Shown: piece after piece, positions 60,439-64,000 of the stretch
Position numbering within the stretch: the stretch's first letter is position 1
Layout: every line of letters begins with the position of its first letter
Assembly (NCBI GenBank): GCA_964430885.1
Contig: CAYSHM010000001.1
Coordinates: forward strand, 160,001-224,000
Length of the DNA: 64,000 bases
Direction of reading: 5' to 3'
From: an uncultured archaeon
GTDB taxonomy: Archaea > Thermoplasmatota > Penumbrarchaeia > JASLWR01
Translations under genes and position numbers: made by a program
Notes under the pieces: model-generated
What the model was told of the DNA's origin: nothing
The model's database searches: none
Seen by the model: the letters and a program-made list of their open reading frames with translations, nothing else

Positions 60439-60945
60439 TTATCTCAGCATATGTCCGTGTCCGCAGTTCTTACAAGTGATTTTGAGGGGGCGCTGTTCAA
60501 GAATATCTTCGGTGAGGAGGTACTCATCCCCGCACATTGGACAGATCCTTCTAATGTTCAGCAGTTCATCCGCGTCCTCTAATTTTGACCGCTCTATTAC
60601 AGACCCATCTCCTTCCTCTTTTTCATCCTCGATGTCATCCAGACGAATAATATTATTGGCCCCCCCTTTCCCTATCTTTTTCGAAAGATCCTGGCTGCCG
60701 TCGCCCAAGGTGACCTCCCCCCTTTTGATAGCTTCCAAAAGGTCGAGTTCTGCGACTTCATTGTCTGCTGAACCTTTTTTGGATATGTCTTCATTTTTCT
60801 GCTTATCAACACCCTGAGTTTCGATATTAATTATTCCCTTCCCATCAGGCCATCGGAATTTGAATTTTCTCATGTCAGCCCCGCATTCACCGCAGAAATT
60901 TGCAGGCGTCAATATCTCAATACCGCAATTTGGACAAAAATTCAT
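60439..60945 (-). CDS. Small protein with N- and C-terminal zinc ribbons
   Basis: FCPNCG...FCGECG and CPMCG...CKNCG; ATG 60945 after AGGTGG (ORF track starts at 60963). Confidence 0.75.
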   Translation of the reverse strand: MNFCPNCGIEILTPANFCGECGADMRKFKFRWPDGKGIINIETQGVDKQKNEDISKKGSADNEVAELDLLEAIKRGEVTLGDGSQDLSKKIGKGGANNIIRLDDIEDEKEEGDGSVIERSKLEDADELLNIRRICPMCGDEYLLTEDILEQRPLKITCKNCGHGHMLR

Positions 60946-61038
60946 TATACCACCTTTTTCCAAGATATAACAACATATGTAGTTTAGCTGTAGTTGAACA
61001 ACTATTTATAATTCAATTAGTAATAAGAATAATAAGAG

Positions 61039-61122
61039 CGCGGAGAGGGGGATTTGAACCCCCGTGATGTTACCATCACAGGATTAGCAGTCCTGCGCCG
61101 TACCAGGCTGGGCCATCTCCGC
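61039..61122 (-). tRNA. tRNA-Ser(GCT)
   Basis: Reverse complement GCGGAGATGGCCCAGCCTGGTACGGCGCAGGACTGCTAATCCTGTGATGGTAACATCACGGGGGTTCAAATCCCCCTCTCCGCG; long variable arm, G73. Confidence 0.95.
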
Positions 61123-61133
61123 TTGTCATATGA

Positions 61134-61505
61134 TCAGTACTTAGAAAATGTCCAGAATTTTTCCACATTTATTCCCCATTTTTCTACCATTTCCTGTGCC
61201 TTGAACTTGCAGGCTTCAGGTATAGCAACATGGAATTCCACACCTTGAGGCCTGGAAAAATCCTTAAATTTGTATTTTGCATCCTCGCTGCCTATGGAAT
61301 CGCAAGTCTCAACAGCCATAATGATAGTTCGCTCGCCCTTCTTTGCCCAGATCTCTGGGATATGGGCTCCTACTGGGTCAGGTTTTCCATTGGGGCAGTC
61401 AATGGGTTGGACCTTGACATACCATCCTTTCTTGGTGAAATACTTAAGACCCTGGTTGATTATTATCTCATACCTTTTTTTGTCCTCTCCATATCTGGTT
61501 GTCAT
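61134..61505 (-). CDS. Hypothetical protein, restriction-endonuclease-like (PD-(D/E)xK) fold, degenerate
   Basis: YFTKKGWYV...HIPEIWAKKG...IIMAVETCDS pattern. Confidence 0.5.
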   Translation of the reverse strand: MTTRYGEDKKRYEIIINQGLKYFTKKGWYVKVQPIDCPNGKPDPVGAHIPEIWAKKGERTIIMAVETCDSIGSEDAKYKFKDFSRPQGVEFHVAIPEACKFKAQEMVEKWGINVEKFWTFSKY

Positions 61506-61723
61506 TTTATCGCCTACCCTTTTTCCATCAGCCTATTCCTGTGATCTACACCATTCATAGTTCCTGAAGACCGAATAATGCAGACCACTGGCAGCAGGTA
61601 ATGGAGTTATTGTTCATCAAACTACCAACCTTATATATATTTTTTTTTAGCCCATTTCACACTATCTCTCTCAAAGCATTATCTGTGGAGGGCTGCAGCA
61701 ATTAGAAATGCCTACTTGGATAA

Positions 61724-61876
61724 TCATTTCGTAGAATGATATATCTCTTTACCTCTTCTGCAGTTCAAACAAAATCCTCCGCCGCCTGAGTGCTGACTGC
61801 AGAAGGGCGACCCGCATTGACTGCAGTTATCCATACAGGGTTTCCCGCAGATGCGGCATAGACCGGGTATTTTCAT
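61724..61876 (-). CDS. Small (50 aa) Cys-rich zinc-finger protein, not in the ORF track
   Basis: Manual translation MKIPGLCRICGKPCMDNCSQCGSPFCSQHSGGGGFCLNCRRGKEIYHSTK*; upstream GGAGAAGGT. Confidence 0.75.
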   Translation of the reverse strand: MKIPGLCRICGKPCMDNCSQCGSPFCSQHSGGGGFCLNCRRGKEIYHSTK

Positions 61877-62016
61877 ATGTCATACCTTCTCCGTGAATGA
61901 GAATAAATTTATGGCCAAGATATTAAATTATCCTATTCTCTGCGGATTTTTTTAAAAAAACTTAGAATGATGAGAAAATTCTTTTTATTCAGAAGAGAAT
62001 TAATTGGACTGATATC

Positions 62017-62529
62017 ATGACAAACCAGGATTTCATTTATAAGAATGTCTGGACTGGAGGTACCTTTGATCATTTTCATTCGGGACATGAAGCACTGATG
62101 AACAAAGCCTTTGAGGTGTCAGGATTTGTCACAATTGGGATAACCACCAATGAACTGGTCAAAGATAAGAAATACAGCGAGTTCATTCAGCCCCTTGAGC
62201 AGAGAATGAAGATAATGGGAGATTATTTGGCCCGTAAGTTCGGCCCTGAGAGGTACAAATTTGTAATTAACGATGATGTATATACAAAAGCCGTCCTTTC
62301 CCCGTCATTGGAGGCTAACATAATCTGCTTCAAAACGGAACATCACGGGGATAGAATAAACAGATTGAGGATTGATAAAGGATTGAAACCCCTTGATCTG
62401 GTTATGGCGCCCTCGGGCAGCGATAATCCTTCTTCCACCGAGGTAAGGAGATCTCTTTATTTTGAAAAATACGGCAGGGATTTATATAATGATGATTCCA
62501 GGTGTATACCAAAGGTGGATCGGATTTGA
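62017..62529 (+). CDS. coaD: Phosphopantetheine adenylyltransferase (archaeal type)
   Basis: GGTFDHFHSGH, IGIT, INRLR-x2-GLKPL, SSTEVR. Confidence 0.8.
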   Translation: MTNQDFIYKNVWTGGTFDHFHSGHEALMNKAFEVSGFVTIGITTNELVKDKKYSEFIQPLEQRMKIMGDYLARKFGPERYKFVINDDVYTKAVLSPSLEANIICFKTEHHGDRINRLRIDKGLKPLDLVMAPSGSDNPSSTEVRRSLYFEKYGRDLYNDDSRCIPKVDRI

Positions 62530-62607
62530 AACGGGAACCCGAAACCTAATTCCCCAATAAAGTGAAAACCCTAAAATACAACGGATATTTTATTTGGAGA
62601 TGATCGA

Positions 62608-63576
62608 ATGAACAGGGTGAATATTATATCTGACATATATCGGGTCCTGACCCGAACGGGATTCTATGTGTCCGATCCCAAGGAAACACGTTCCCTGACA
62701 TTCGATCTCATCTGCAGAAGGGACCAGACCCTGTTGATATTCAAGATGCTGACCAATATAGATTCTTTCTCAAAGGACAATGCCCGCCAATTGAGGCTCA
62801 TGGCCACCATGCTGGATGCATGTCCCATCGTTGCAGGGCTCAAAACCTCTAAGAACACTTTACGGGATGGAGTGGTATATCTTCGGCATATGGTTACAAT
62901 AATCAATCCCCAGACCTTATATGATATACTCATCGAAGGGGTTTACCCATCGGTTTTTGCAGCTCCTGGAGGGCTGTATGTAGATATGGATCCCGCCCGT
63001 TTAAAGGAGATCAGGAAGAGATTGGGATTATCTTTGGGTGCTTTGGCCAAAGCCATTGGCACCACTAGAAAGGCAGTTCAGATGTACGAGGAAGGTATGA
63101 GTGCTACATTAGAGGTTGGTTTGGCTATAGAGGAGGCATTAAACGTACCCGTTATCAAGCCTTTAAATCCTTTGGTCTATAACAAAAGTTTGGTGAGGGA
63201 AAGAGAGAGATTCGATAATATGGATGAGCGATACAAGTCCCTATGCTTGAAACTTCACCGGATAGGCTATGAGGTAGTGCCTCTTTTCAAATGCCCCTTT
63301 GATGCATTTACCCTAGATGATAATGTGTTATTTCTTACGGGTTTTCAGGATATCAATGTTGGGTTAAAGCAGAAGGCCAAACTTATGAAGAACATAGCTG
63401 CCATAACGGAGAGGGAATCGGTTTTCTTTGTTAACAATCCGATGATCAGGACGAACATTGAAGGGAATCCTATAATTTCAAGGGAGGATCTTGACCGGAT
63501 ATCCACTTCTGAGGAGATAATCCAGTTAGTTCTAGAAAGGCAGTCGGGAAGACGAAGGACAGGTGATAATACTTGA
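62608..63576 (+). CDS. Conserved archaeal HTH transcriptional regulator (nuclease-like fold plus Cro/C1 HTH)
   Basis: FDLICRR...KMLTNIDS, GVVYLRH, AAPGGLYV, LSLGALAKAIGTTRKAVQMYEEG, PFDA. Confidence 0.88.
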   Translation: MNRVNIISDIYRVLTRTGFYVSDPKETRSLTFDLICRRDQTLLIFKMLTNIDSFSKDNARQLRLMATMLDACPIVAGLKTSKNTLRDGVVYLRHMVTIINPQTLYDILIEGVYPSVFAAPGGLYVDMDPARLKEIRKRLGLSLGALAKAIGTTRKAVQMYEEGMSATLEVGLAIEEALNVPVIKPLNPLVYNKSLVRERERFDNMDERYKSLCLKLHRIGYEVVPLFKCPFDAFTLDDNVLFLTGFQDINVGLKQKAKLMKNIAAITERESVFFVNNPMIRTNIEGNPIISREDLDRISTSEEIIQLVLERQSGRRRTGDNT

Positions 63577-64000
63577 AAGCAGAAGGAAGAACCCATGAAA
63601 AGATCCCCCTTGAATGTATAGAAACTACAGATGGCACCAAATTATTCATTTTGGGAACGCTGAAAGGTTTGAAATCGGAGGCTGAAAAGGTAAGGGATGT
63701 TCTTGAAACACTTAAACCTAAGGCTGTAGGGATCTATATCCCGAAGGAGGAGGTCGAAGGCCTTGCGGAAGTTGTTGCCGGAAATATAAAGGAGATGTCC
63801 TTATCGGATCTTGAAGAATGTTATGCCTACAATCTATCCAATTTCGGTGAGGTGCAGGTCCCGCCACCGTGCATAGTTGAGACCTATAGATGGACACAAA
63901 ACAATGATGTACCCTTATTAGCCCTAGATATGTCGGACCTAGAGTATTCCAATGCTTTCACCGAATGCATATCTACCCTTGAATTAATGCGTCATTCAAT
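63573..64000 (+). CDS. Hypothetical protein (TraB-like), truncated by the window end
   Basis: TTG 63573 after AGGTGA overlaps the upstream TGA; open frame ...LFILGTLKGLKSEAEKV...FGEVQVPPP...LALDMSD to the edge. Confidence 0.7.
   Translation, partial: MKAEGRTHEKIPLECIETTDGTKLFILGTLKGLKSEAEKVRDVLETLKPKAVGIYIPKEEVEGLAEVVAGNIKEMSLSDLEECYAYNLSNFGEVQVPPPCIVETYRWTQNNDVPLLALDMSDLEYSNAFTECISTLELMRHS

Noticed and set aside
61526-61620. C/D box sRNA on the minus strand (TTGATGA...CTGA)
   Set aside because: Too long, no clear C'/D' boxes, and the box lies upstream of the expected TSS of the nearby TATA
61597-61640. Fluoride riboswitch-like GGTAATGGAGTTATT
   Set aside because: Lacks the downstream GCTRATGAC pseudoknot partner and no suitable downstream gene
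61683-61852. Recurrent ctgcag/cgcag repeats
   Set aside because: Mostly explained by Cys codons of the minus-strand microprotein

Overview
Archaeal chromosomal segment, most consistent with an uncultured Thermoplasmatota lineage (inferred from gene content). Housekeeping genes: rpl18e-rpl13-rps9-rpoN-tRNA-Pro(GGG, intron), serA, Lrp, NOG1 GTPase, gpmI, R15P isomerase, TtuA/NcsA, acyl-CoA synthetase, PolD small subunit, MEMO1, tRNA-Ser(GCT), PPAT and an HTH regulator. Interspersed are eight large cell-surface proteins (FG-GAP, CARDB, PKD, beta-helix, Ig and DxDxDG repeats), several with one TM helix and cytoplasmic Zn-ribbon, SHOCT or poly-Pro tails. The most notable feature is a compact phage-tail/contractile-injection-like module at 15850-21424: tail-tube-like gene, tape-measure-motif Pro-rich protein, Mu gpN/P2 gpU-like tube initiator and a small Zn finger. 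It sits between housekeeping genes, with no sheath, spike, baseplate wedge, capsid or integrase in the window. Also found: two candidate structured ncRNAs, a C/D-box-bearing tRNA intron, Ig domains with co-varying CxC/KH motifs near a CcdA-thioredoxin fusion, and a membrane-anchored tandem C4HC3 RING-like protein. All family calls come from motifs read by eye; no searches were run.
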